From an uncultured Marixanthomonas sp. (GTDB lineage Bacteria; Bacteroidota; Bacteroidia; Flavobacteriales; Flavobacteriaceae): 40,620 nucleotides of DNA. Positions 8,400 to 17,046 of this stretch are shown here, one piece after another (within the stretch, counting starts at the first letter, position 1; each line of letters begins with the position of its first letter). The stretch spans positions 1 through 40,620 of the forward strand of contig CAJXPE010000001.1 of NCBI GenBank assembly GCA_913057965.1, written 5' to 3'. Position numbers and translations under genes: made by a program. Under the pieces are notes generated by a model that was given only the letters and a program-made list of their open reading frames with translations, did no database searches and had not been told where the DNA came from.

Positions 8400-9673
8400 A
8401 ATTTGTACTTATCTTTCCAGAGACTTTTTAGGTAGTTTTTCAAATTGTTTTCACGAGAATTATTCCCGGGCTTGTATAGGGTTGTTCCTTTAATTTCTTC
8501 AGGAAGAAATTCGTGTGGTGTAAAATTACCTTCATAGCTATGAGCGTACTGATAATCTTTACCGTAGCCTAATTCTTTCATCAGTTTTGTTGGAGCGTTC
8601 CTAATAGATAACGGTATAGATAGATCTCCTGTTTGTTTAACCAACTGCTGGGCTTTGTTAATAGCTTCATAAGATGCGTTACTTTTAGCCGAAGTAGCTA
8701 AATAAATGGTACACTGGCTTAAAATAATACGTGCCTCTGGGTATCCTATGGTATTTACTGCTTGAAAAGTATTATTAGCCATAACTAAGGCGGTTGGATT
8801 GGCTAGACCAATATCTTCAGAAGCTAAAATCACCAGTCGTCTGGCAATAAACTTGATGTCTTCACCGCCTTCGATCATCCGCGCTAGATAATAAACCGCT
8901 GCATTAGGATCACTTCCTCGAATAGATTTGATAAAAGCTGAAATAATATCGTAATGCTGTTCGCCAGTCTTATCATATAAAACAGTGCTTTTCTGAACTT
9001 TTTGTTGAACCATTTTATTGGTAAGCGTTATTTCGTCTGTGTTTTCAGAAAGAACAACAAGTTCAAGCATATTAAGAAGTTTACGGCCATCACCTCCCGA
9101 AAGTCTTAAAAGAGCTTCTGTTTCTTTTAATTCTATCTTTTTTTGTTGTAAAACTTCATCCTTTTCAATAGCACGTTTTAAGAGGGCTTCTAAATCTTCT
9201 TTGCTAAAAGGCTTTAAAATATACACTTGACAGCGTGACAATAGGGCAGGGATGACTTCAAAACTTGGGTTTTCGGTCGTAGCTCCAATTAAAGTAACCC
9301 AGCCTTTTTCAACGGCACCCAATAAGGAGTCTTGCTGTGATTTACTAAATCTATGAATTTCATCTATAAAAAGAATTGGATTTTTGGCGGTAAACAAACC
9401 GTCACTCTTTTTTGCTTTATTAATTACTTCCCGAACAGCTGCAACACCACTGTCAACAGCACTGAGTGTGTAAAAAGGCCTGTTAGATTGATTGGCTATA
9501 ATTGAAGCTAGTGTTGTTTTTCCAATTCCAGGAGGTCCCCAAAGTATTAAAGAAGATAAAACCCCAGAGGATAATTGCGTGGTTAAGGCACCATTTGGTC
9601 CTACCAAATGTTGCTGGCTTATATAATCTTGAAGCGTTTTAGGGCGAATTCGTTCAGCTAGGGGTGTATTCAT
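8396..9673 (-). CDS. rarA: Replication-associated recombination protein A (MgsA/RarA AAA+ ATPase)
   Basis: PLAERIRP, Walker [10 protein letters not shown], Walker [16 protein letters not shown] and ASEDIG. Confidence 0.97.
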   Translation of the reverse strand: MNTPLAERIRPKTLQDYISQQHLVGPNGALTTQLSSGVLSSLILWGPPGIGKTTLASIIANQSNRPFYTLSAVDSGVAAVREVINKAKKSDGLFTAKNPILFIDEIHRFSKSQQDSLLGAVEKGWVTLIGATTENPSFEVIPALLSRCQVYILKPFSKEDLEALLKRAIEKDEVLQQKKIELKETEALLRLSGGDGRKLLNMLELVVLSENTDEITLTNKMVQQKVQKSTVLYDKTGEQHYDIISAFIKSIRGSDPNAAVYYLARMIEGGEDIKFIARRLVILASEDIGLANPTALVMANNTFQAVNTIGYPEARIILSQCTIYLATSAKSNASYEAINKAQQLVKQTGDLSIPLSIRNAPTKLMKELGYGKDYQYAHSYEGNFTPHEFLPEEIKGTTLYKPGNNSRENNLKNYLKSLWKDKYKF

Positions 9674-9678
9674 ATCTG

Positions 9679-9686
9679 CAAAATTA
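9679..9686 (-). promoter_or_regulatory. Bacteroidota -7 promoter box TAATTTTG, 5 nt upstream of the rarA ATG
   Basis: Minus strand reads TAATTTTG-CAGAT-ATG, an exact match to TAnnTTTG. Confidence 0.6.
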
Positions 9687-9762
9687 CAATTTTATATATC
9701 GCATCGCACTGACAAATTATCATTAATTTAGCCTTAGGATTACTTTTTGTTATGTATAAATT

Positions 9763-10566
9763 ATGTCTAAAAAAAGCGGCCTTTCATTTTATCCAGGAGT
9801 GATTTATGCACCCTTACTTTTTGTATTTAGTCTTTGGGTAGTTTATTGGGCAGAAATACGTTTTGGATGGCGTTTTACAACTTACGGAATTTACCCACAG
9901 AAGGTAGAAGGTTTACGAGGAGTGCTTTTTGGGCCTTTTATACATAGTGGTTTACAACATCTTTTTAATAATTCTATTCCTCTTTTTGTACTGAGCGCAG
10001 CACTTTTTTATTTCTACAGAGATATAAAATGGAAGGTGTTACTGGGCGGTTTACTATTAACAGGTATAATAACTTGGGCCATTGGAAGACCTTCCTATCA
10101 TATTGGAGCGAGTGGCATTGTATATTTACTCGCTTCTTTTTTATTTTTTAAAGGTATTTTTTCTAAACAATACCAATTAACCGCCCTGTCGTTAGTGGTT
10201 GTTTTCCTTTATGGAAGTTTATTGTGGTATGTATTTCCTATTGATGAAAAAATTTCGTGGGAGGGACATTTATCTGGCTTTTTAGTGGGGTTGGTCTTTG
10301 CAATCTTTTTTAAAGAAAACCATATTCCTGAAAAAAAATACGAATGGCAACGGGAAGACTATAATCCTGAAGATGACGAATTTCTGAAGCATTTTGATGA
10401 AGATGGAAATTTTATTGAAACAAGAAATGAAATTGAAGCTGAAATCGAAATTGAAACGGAAGCTGAAGCTGAGCTGGACCCTGAAACTGAAGCCGAAATT
10501 GAAAAAAAATTAACTAAAATAAACTACTATTTTAGAGAAAACAGAAACGACGATACTAGCAACTAA
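9763..10566 (+). CDS. Rhomboid family intramembrane serine protease with acidic C-terminal tail
   Basis: HSGLQHLFNN, catalytic GASG, ISWEGHLSG and multiple hydrophobic segments. Confidence 0.93.
   Translation: MSKKSGLSFYPGVIYAPLLFVFSLWVVYWAEIRFGWRFTTYGIYPQKVEGLRGVLFGPFIHSGLQHLFNNSIPLFVLSAALFYFYRDIKWKVLLGGLLLTGIITWAIGRPSYHIGASGIVYLLASFLFFKGIFSKQYQLTALSLVVVFLYGSLLWYVFPIDEKISWEGHLSGFLVGLVFAIFFKENHIPEKKYEWQREDYNPEDDEFLKHFDEDGNFIETRNEIEAEIEIETEAEAELDPETEAEIEKKLTKINYYFRENRNDDTSN
10429..10503 (+). repeat. In-frame degenerate hexamer repeat (GAANNN)x~12 encoding EIEAEIEIETEAEAELDPETEAEIE
   Basis: gaaatt gaagct gaaatc gaaatt gaaacg gaagct gaagct gagctg gaccct gaaact gaagcc gaaatt gaa. Confidence 0.7.
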
Positions 10567-10745
10567 AGAGTGTTTGTGAACTGCGTTTTTTTAGGTGTAT
10601 AGGTCACAACTATCGTTTGTACTAAAATATTGTTTTATACAATCATTCATTACTAGTACCGCGCATTACCCTCTTCTAGATTATGTTTATGACGCATTTT
10701 ACCGGTTATTAGAAAAAACTATAGTGTTTATTAGCCCACAATGGT

Positions 10746-11483
10746 TTAATTAGTTCGTTGGCGCACCACTTCATATAAAAATGCACCACACGCAACCGAA
10801 ACATTTAAGGAGTTAATTTCACCAAGCAACGGCAATGCTGCTTGATCATCCACTAATTTAAGGACGGAATGCGAAATACCTTTCCCTTCAGACCCCATTA
10901 TGATTGCTACGGGCTCATTAAAAGAAGCACTATAGATGGTTTTATCGGCTTTTTCAGTGGCAGCTACTGTTTTTATTCCAGACCCTTGAAGATAAAAAAT
11001 AGCATCTTTTATATGATCTACCTTACAAATGGGCATCTTAAAAATGGCGCCAGCAGAAGTTTTTACGGTATCACCAGAGACAGGAGCACCTCCTTTTTTC
11101 TGAATAATAATAGCATCTACACCCGTGCACTCGGCAGTACGAATGATAGCACCAAAATTACGGACATCGCTTATTTGATCGAGTACTAAAAATAAAGGTG
11201 CTTTTTGCTTTTCTAATGCTGTTTCTACAACGGCTTCAAGACTCACAAATGAAATAGGGGAGGTTATCGCCACTACACCCTGGTGATTTCCATTTGTTAA
11301 TCTGTTTAGTTTTTCTACAGGAACATGATTTACTGTAACATGTTTATTTTCAAGCGCTGAAATTATAGTTGCTAGCTTGTCATTTTCAGAATCTTTCTGA
11401 ATATAGACCTTATCAATTTCGGTGTCAGATTTTATAGCTTCTAATACCGGATATATACCAAATATGTTATCTTTTTTGCTCAT
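10746..11483 (-). CDS. rlmB: 23S rRNA (guanosine-2251-2'-O)-methyltransferase (SPOUT/TrmH family)
   Basis: HQGVVA, DVRNFGAIIRTA, GSEGKG and SLNVSVA motifs. Confidence 0.93.
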   Translation of the reverse strand: MSKKDNIFGIYPVLEAIKSDTEIDKVYIQKDSENDKLATIISALENKHVTVNHVPVEKLNRLTNGNHQGVVAITSPISFVSLEAVVETALEKQKAPLFLVLDQISDVRNFGAIIRTAECTGVDAIIIQKKGGAPVSGDTVKTSAGAIFKMPICKVDHIKDAIFYLQGSGIKTVAATEKADKTIYSASFNEPVAIIMGSEGKGISHSVLKLVDDQAALPLLGEINSLNVSVACGAFLYEVVRQRTN

Positions 11484-11488
11484 AGCTA

Positions 11489-11496
11489 CAAAAGTA
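11489..11496 (-). promoter_or_regulatory. Bacteroidota -7 promoter box TACTTTTG, 5 nt upstream of the rlmB ATG
   Basis: Minus strand reads TACTTTTG-TAGCT-ATG. Confidence 0.6.
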
Positions 11497-11536
11497 AATA
11501 TCGCTGCTTTAAAACTAGGTTTAAAACAGCGATATT
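11497..11536 (-). terminator. Probable intrinsic terminator after the susC-susD-lipoprotein unit
   Basis: AATATCGCTG...CAGCGATATT inverted repeat with an inner TTTAAA extension, followed on the minus strand by TACTTTT. Confidence 0.7.
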
Positions 11537-11556
11537 ATTTAAAAATAATTGATTAA

Positions 11557-12093
11557 TTATTGATCTAAAGGCCATTCATAAAAATAGGCATGCCTTTCAA
11601 AAACTAAAAAATCTTCAAAATTATCCGGGTTTTCTACAATGTGATTATCTCCATCAATGCTTCTTCCACCAAAATAGACGCTTCCAGTTTGTACGTCTGA
11701 AACAGGAACATTTAAAGCTGCGGCAATATCATTTTTTGTAAATACAAGCTCTGTAGGAAATTCTGTTATTGTAGTTAAAACAACTCCGTCTTTTGGAGGG
11801 CTCACGCTATCATCAAAGCCTACAATAATATCGTGGGAAACGATATTAGGATCTTGAGAATCATATGCTATTCTCACTTGGTTTCCATTATTTTCTGCTG
11901 TTAATTCAAAACTCCAAAAATTATTTCCGTTTATACTGTCTAAATCCTCATTCCTATCTTGAATGGATACATACGGATAATTGTTTGAATCGTTAAATAT
12001 CTCTTGCCCTAAATAACCCTCATCATCTCCACAACTCTGGAGGGATAGTGCTACAAAAGCAATTGCAACTATTTGTACTATGTATTTTTTCAT
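11557..12093 (-). CDS. SusCD-associated small surface lipoprotein
   Basis: Lipobox LQS-C followed by acidic GDDE. Starts 10 nt downstream of susD on the same strand. Confidence 0.75.
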   Translation of the reverse strand: MKKYIVQIVAIAFVALSLQSCGDDEGYLGQEIFNDSNNYPYVSIQDRNEDLDSINGNNFWSFELTAENNGNQVRIAYDSQDPNIVSHDIIVGFDDSVSPPKDGVVLTTITEFPTELVFTKNDIAAALNVPVSDVQTGSVYFGGRSIDGDNHIVENPDNFEDFLVFERHAYFYEWPLDQ

Positions 12094-12103
12094 ATTATAT
12101 GTA

Positions 12104-13660
12104 TTAAAAGTCTAAGTTAAAATTAGTCCCTTCAGCCCACCATACTTTTTCAGCAACGGTAGCACGTTGTACAGCATCTGGGTTGTTATTAAAGTTAACA
12201 TAGTTTGAAGGATATAACATACTATTTGTAAATGTCCCAGGGTTACTTGAAATAGATGGTGCCAAGTCTGCTGGGAAACCGGTGCGTCTAAAATTATTGT
12301 AGATTTCTACACCATTTCCCCATAAGGATTTATAATATTCTGTAATAATAACATTTAATTTATTCCCAGTGCTTGTTGCGGTATCATACCGCTGTAACGC
12401 TGCATTTATGTAAGCTTGAATATCTGCAGAGGATGGTTCTTCAGCATCTGATGGGATAGAAGAAGACTGAAAATTAGTTACTTTATCCATAGACGCTTGA
12501 ATGCCATTTTCGAGTGCTACTCTTGCCGCGGCTGCATTCCCATTAACTGTAAGCTGTGCTTCGGCTACTAAAAATTGTGTAAATGAATTGGTCATTATGA
12601 TGGATGCTCCTGCTCCCATTGCTCCATCACTAGCACTGGTTGGACCAGTAGAGCCATCATTGTACATTCCTCCTACAGGGTAAAGACCGTGTACGGTAAT
12701 CTGATTAAAATCTGAAGCTACCGGTGGACCACTATCTCCGTGTTCACGCCCGAATATTTCTCCGTTTTGTAAATAAAAATAATAGTTAAAGCGTGGATCA
12801 TCTTGCATTCTTCTAATCCAAGGAGCAGACATATAAATACCAGCCGTGCCATCATATTGAAATCCAAAGGTGGGATGTCTACTGTCGTTCGGTTCAGGTG
12901 ATGCTGAATAGTTAAATTGAAAATCTCCAGAATTTGAAGATATATAGCTACCTGCATTAATTAGTGCATTAATCTTAGCAGATGCATTTCCATCGTTTAG
13001 TCTTCCCGTTACAGCTATTTTTAACAGTAATGAATTTGCTAAACTCCTCCAATCATCCATATCACCACCATAATAAAGATCGTTAGGGAGTGGTACACTT
13101 CCTCCTTGGTCTATTAACGAGATAGAATTTTGTAAAAGATCTTCTGCCATTGTATAAATTACACGGTCATCATCTCTAGCCGGGTTGAAATTGCCGCTAC
13201 CTTGAAGTGCCTCGGTATATGGTATATCACCAAAAGTATCTGCTAGTGTTACTATTATATAGGCTTCCATAATTTGTACAGCAGCAACAATATTATTTCC
13301 GTTAGCATCTCCTTCAATTGATAATGCTTGATCTTTTGTTGCAACAGCATCTATTAAAAAATCAGAATATGCTGAAGTCCATACCGCGTCAAAATCACCA
13401 GCTTGGTATTGGCTGGCATAAACAGGCGATGTACCCATTTGTTCTTGTCTGGTTACTTGTGCTCCAAAAAACTGTACGGTTTCAAAAAAGTCTGCTAATT
13501 CTATCTGGTTCGCATTAAAAAGAAATTCAATAGAAGCTTCTTCGGGACCTAGATTACTTGGATCGTCAATCAATTCAGTATCTAATGTTTCACAAGATAG
13601 AAGCATTAACATCATGAATGATAATAAATAGTGAACCGGTTTTATATATATGTTTTTCAT
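12104..13660 (-). CDS. susD: SusD/RagB-family lipoprotein (SusD-like_2 type)
   Basis: Lipobox LLS-C, FGDIPYTEAL, EIYNNFRRTGFP and a C-terminal VWW. Follows a SusC. Confidence 0.9.
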   Translation of the reverse strand: MKNIYIKPVHYLLSFMMLMLLSCETLDTELIDDPSNLGPEEASIEFLFNANQIELADFFETVQFFGAQVTRQEQMGTSPVYASQYQAGDFDAVWTSAYSDFLIDAVATKDQALSIEGDANGNNIVAAVQIMEAYIIVTLADTFGDIPYTEALQGSGNFNPARDDDRVIYTMAEDLLQNSISLIDQGGSVPLPNDLYYGGDMDDWRSLANSLLLKIAVTGRLNDGNASAKINALINAGSYISSNSGDFQFNYSASPEPNDSRHPTFGFQYDGTAGIYMSAPWIRRMQDDPRFNYYFYLQNGEIFGREHGDSGPPVASDFNQITVHGLYPVGGMYNDGSTGPTSASDGAMGAGASIIMTNSFTQFLVAEAQLTVNGNAAAARVALENGIQASMDKVTNFQSSSIPSDAEEPSSADIQAYINAALQRYDTATSTGNKLNVIITEYYKSLWGNGVEIYNNFRRTGFPADLAPSISSNPGTFTNSMLYPSNYVNFNNNPDAVQRATVAEKVWWAEGTNFNLDF

Positions 13661-13677
13661 GTTTCTATTTTTTTATT

Positions 13678-16600
13678 TTAAAATGAGGCTTTTACACTAA
13701 AACCATAACGTCTTGAGGTTGGGCTTATCCCATCTTCAATACCAGCACCATTGCTGTTTACATCGGTTGCAATTGCGTTGGTGTCTAAGTTGATACCATC
13801 TGGTACATTTATAGCATTATAGTATAAATTTTCTCCCGTTAATGTGATGGACAGTGAACCAAATGGAGTTTTTTCTAATGATTTAGGTGTAAAGGAATAG
13901 CTTAATGCAAGTTCCTGTAAGCGAATAGTAGTACCATCAAATATTCCTATTTCGTCCCCTCCATTGTTATAGATGTTAAAGTAAGCATCTCCAGAGCTAA
14001 TAACTACATCATTTGTTTCGCCAGTATCTTGTAAAACACCAGGTAGTACAAATCCAACATTGTTTATGCCGTCTGTGTCAGAAGTTAAACCTCTTCCTAA
14101 TAAATCTCTTGTTGTTCCTGAGTAAATATCTCCCCCTTTGCGATATTGAATGTTTCCTGTAAGAGAAAAGTTCTTATACCGTAAAGCAGTAAACATAGAT
14201 GCAATCCAATCTGGATTTGGATCACCTATTATTTCAATATCTTCAGCAATTATATAATCTCTACCATCTAAAAGATATTCTCCATCATCATTTGTGGCAA
14301 TAACACTACCTAAAATTACATTGACAGGTTCCCCTTTTACAAGGTAATTTCCTACGGTTCCGGTTGGGGTACCTATTACAGCTACTGCAAATCTATCTTC
14401 TTCTAATTCTGTTACTTCAGATTCGTTAGCTGTAAAATTACCACCAATATCGAATGAAAAGTCATCACTTTGTAATAGGGTAATGTTCATTTCCACTTCA
14501 ACCCCGTTTACCTCAAACTCATTAACATTTTGAGGTGAATCTGTAAATCCTGTAGAAGGATCTAATTGCCTAGAAAATATTAAATCACTGGTAACACGTT
14601 TAAAATAACTAGCATCTAATGAGATTCTGTTTTTCCAGAATTTCGATTCTATACCAAATTCATATTCTTCAATTAATGCAGGTTTAATAGCTCTATTGGC
14701 TAATATATCATCAGTTGTATTTACTGTTATAGTTTCGCCATTTGCATTCACAAAAGCATTATCTGTTGTTACTGTTTGAAATGTAGGATAGGGGTTAAAC
14801 AATCCAAAAAGACTGCTTCCAGGAACATTAAAGTCTGCTGAACTACCGTAATTAGCACGAATTTTAAAGTAATTTAAAGCATCACCTTTAAGTCCTTCAA
14901 TTACTTCAGTAGGAATAACAGAAATCCCTACACCTGGATAAAATTGAGAATTGTCAATAAAGCTAGAGGTCCAGTCGTTCCTTGCACTACCAGATAAATA
15001 CAGCCATTTGTTATAATCTAAAGTTACTTGACCAAGAATACCAGGTCTGTTTTGAACATACCTGCCAGAAGCTGCATCTCTTTCGCTAAAAAATTGATGC
15101 TCTAAGTTGTTGTAAACCGTTTGGTTGCTACTTTGTGTAATCTCGTAATATTCTTGGGTTCTTGTAATATCTGCCCCAACGTTTGCAGATAAGCCGAATT
15201 TTTCATCTACAAAGCGTTTATCAATATTCAGTAAAAAAGAATGATTGGTTAATTGTTGTCTTCGGGTGTTAGTGGTTAACTGTCCTAGATCACCTCCTAC
15301 ATTTCCTTTGTTTTCATAAACCCTTCTTTGTTCTACAGCGATATCAAGTCCGTAACGGTATGAAGCTGATAACCAATCGGTAAGTGGGTATGAAGCGCTA
15401 ATTTGCCCATATACTCTTGTAACATCTTCTTCAACACCAGTGTTTTTCACTACCCAATACGGGTTTGAAACAGTGTTTTGAAATGAAATTTCTTGCCCTG
15501 AAACAGGGTCTTCAAAAGGGAATCCAGCTAAATCGATACTTCTTGGTAATTGATTTAGTGCGTCAAAAATATCACCTGTAAACGGTGATGTAAAGTCAGT
15601 ACCAGAATAATTTAAGGTTGATGAAACGGTTAACTTGTTTGTAAGTTTAGCATTACCTCCTAATGAAATGGTATGTCTTCTTAGTTTATTACCTGGTAAA
15701 AACCCTTCATCTTCTAAATTACCAATGAAAAGGTTATAAGAAGCTTTTTCGTTTCCGCCATTAATATTTGCGTTTAGGTTTGAAACAACACCGGTCCTAA
15801 AAAAGTTTTCTTGAGATTTATAATTTTTATAATCTACTTTACTTCCTACTTGTTCAGGAAAAGCATTTTGAAAAACTGTACTGTTTAATCCGTAGGGATG
15901 TGGAACTTGACCATTTGGGTCAACGTTTCCATAATCAGTTCGACCAAATGTAGCTCCCCAGTTTCCAAAGAAATTATAAAAAGCATCATAATATCCTTGT
16001 CCTCTTTGGTCTGTATAATCAGGAAGAGAGGCTATTTCGTTTACAAACGTGGAAGCTGTTACACTAACTTCGGTTTTTCTTTTTACAAAGTCAGCAGTTT
16101 GTCCAGCTTTGGTTGTTATTACAATAACACCGTTTTTACCATCTGCTCCATATAAAGCAGTAGCACTTAACCCTTTTAATACATTTACACTAGAAATATT
16201 ATTTGGATCTAAATCTAATGAACGGCTAGTTCCTGAAAATCCAGTACCGTTGGTGTTTGAGTTAAATCGAACGCCGTCTACCACATATAGCGGTTGATTA
16301 TTCCCTGTAGAAGTTAAACCGCGAATAGTAACACTGGAACCAGTTCCTGAAAGACCACTTGCATTTATGATATTTACGCCCGCTGCTTTTCCACGAAGTA
16401 TTTTTGTGATATCTCCTGTAGCTCTTTGCTCGATATCTTCAGATTTTAGTGCTGTCACGGCATATCCTAATGCCTTTTTCTCTTTTTTTATCCCCAAAGC
16501 GGTAACGACAACTTCATCAAGTGCTGCAGCATCTTCTTCCAAAGTTATATTTAACGTGTTTGTGGATGCTTGAACGGGAATTTCTTGTGTTTTAAAACCT

Positions 16601-16827
16601 ACAAAACTAAACACAAGTGTTTGACCTACACTTGCGTCTATTGTGTATTTTCCATCGAAATCGGACTGGGTCCCTTTTGTTGTGTTTTGTACTAATATAT
16701 TTACACCTGGTAGAGGAAGTCCATTATTGTCTATTACAGTTCCAGAAATACTCTTTTCCTGCGCTAAAACAATTTGCGAGACCAATAGTAAAAAAACACC
16801 AAAAATCCTGAGTAGTTTTGTTTTCAT
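13678..16827 (-). CDS. susC: SusC/RagA-family TonB-dependent transporter
   Basis: N-terminal extension (LPGVNI...GTQSDFDGKY), LDEVVVTA, plug motif VLKGLSATALYG..GKNGVIVITTK and C-terminal F. Confidence 0.97.
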   Translation of the reverse strand: MKTKLLRIFGVFLLLVSQIVLAQEKSISGTVIDNNGLPLPGVNILVQNTTKGTQSDFDGKYTIDASVGQTLVFSFVGFKTQEIPVQASTNTLNITLEEDAAALDEVVVTALGIKKEKKALGYAVTALKSEDIEQRATGDITKILRGKAAGVNIINASGLSGTGSSVTIRGLTSTGNNQPLYVVDGVRFNSNTNGTGFSGTSRSLDLDPNNISSVNVLKGLSATALYGADGKNGVIVITTKAGQTADFVKRKTEVSVTASTFVNEIASLPDYTDQRGQGYYDAFYNFFGNWGATFGRTDYGNVDPNGQVPHPYGLNSTVFQNAFPEQVGSKVDYKNYKSQENFFRTGVVSNLNANINGGNEKASYNLFIGNLEDEGFLPGNKLRRHTISLGGNAKLTNKLTVSSTLNYSGTDFTSPFTGDIFDALNQLPRSIDLAGFPFEDPVSGQEISFQNTVSNPYWVVKNTGVEEDVTRVYGQISASYPLTDWLSASYRYGLDIAVEQRRVYENKGNVGGDLGQLTTNTRRQQLTNHSFLLNIDKRFVDEKFGLSANVGADITRTQEYYEITQSSNQTVYNNLEHQFFSERDAASGRYVQNRPGILGQVTLDYNKWLYLSGSARNDWTSSFIDNSQFYPGVGISVIPTEVIEGLKGDALNYFKIRANYGSSADFNVPGSSLFGLFNPYPTFQTVTTDNAFVNANGETITVNTTDDILANRAIKPALIEEYEFGIESKFWKNRISLDASYFKRVTSDLIFSRQLDPSTGFTDSPQNVNEFEVNGVEVEMNITLLQSDDFSFDIGGNFTANESEVTELEEDRFAVAVIGTPTGTVGNYLVKGEPVNVILGSVIATNDDGEYLLDGRDYIIAEDIEIIGDPNPDWIASMFTALRYKNFSLTGNIQYRKGGDIYSGTTRDLLGRGLTSDTDGINNVGFVLPGVLQDTGETNDVVISSGDAYFNIYNNGGDEIGIFDGTTIRLQELALSYSFTPKSLEKTPFGSLSITLTGENLYYNAINVPDGINLDTNAIATDVNSNGAGIEDGISPTSRRYGFSVKASF

Positions 16828-16864
16828 AAAATGCCTTTAATTTGTTAAATATATTATAAAAGTT

Positions 16865-16880
16865 ATAATAAAAAGTTAAT
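16865..16880 (-). promoter_or_regulatory. 16-mer ATTAACTTTTTATTAT upstream of susC (13678..16827)
   Basis: Identical to 21624-21639. Lies between TTTG (16887-16884) and an imperfect -7 box AACTTTTA. Confidence 0.55.
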
Positions 16881-16990
16881 ATACAAATAAAATAATTTTT
16901 TTTTAATAAAACGAGATACAATTTTTGTAATAGGCGGTGTTGCTCTCTACAATTGTTCGTTGTTCATTTTAGAGGTAAATTTTTGGCATA

Positions 16991-17022
16991 AAAAAAGGCT
17001 GCTTTTTAAAGCAGCCTTTTTT
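16991..17022. terminator. Bidirectional intrinsic terminator between the two SusCD pairs
   Basis: AAAAAAGGCTGCTTT-tt-AAAGCAGCCTTTTTT perfect inverted repeat with A/T tails on both sides. Confidence 0.9.
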
Positions 17023-17046
17023 ATAAATATTTATTAAATACTAATA

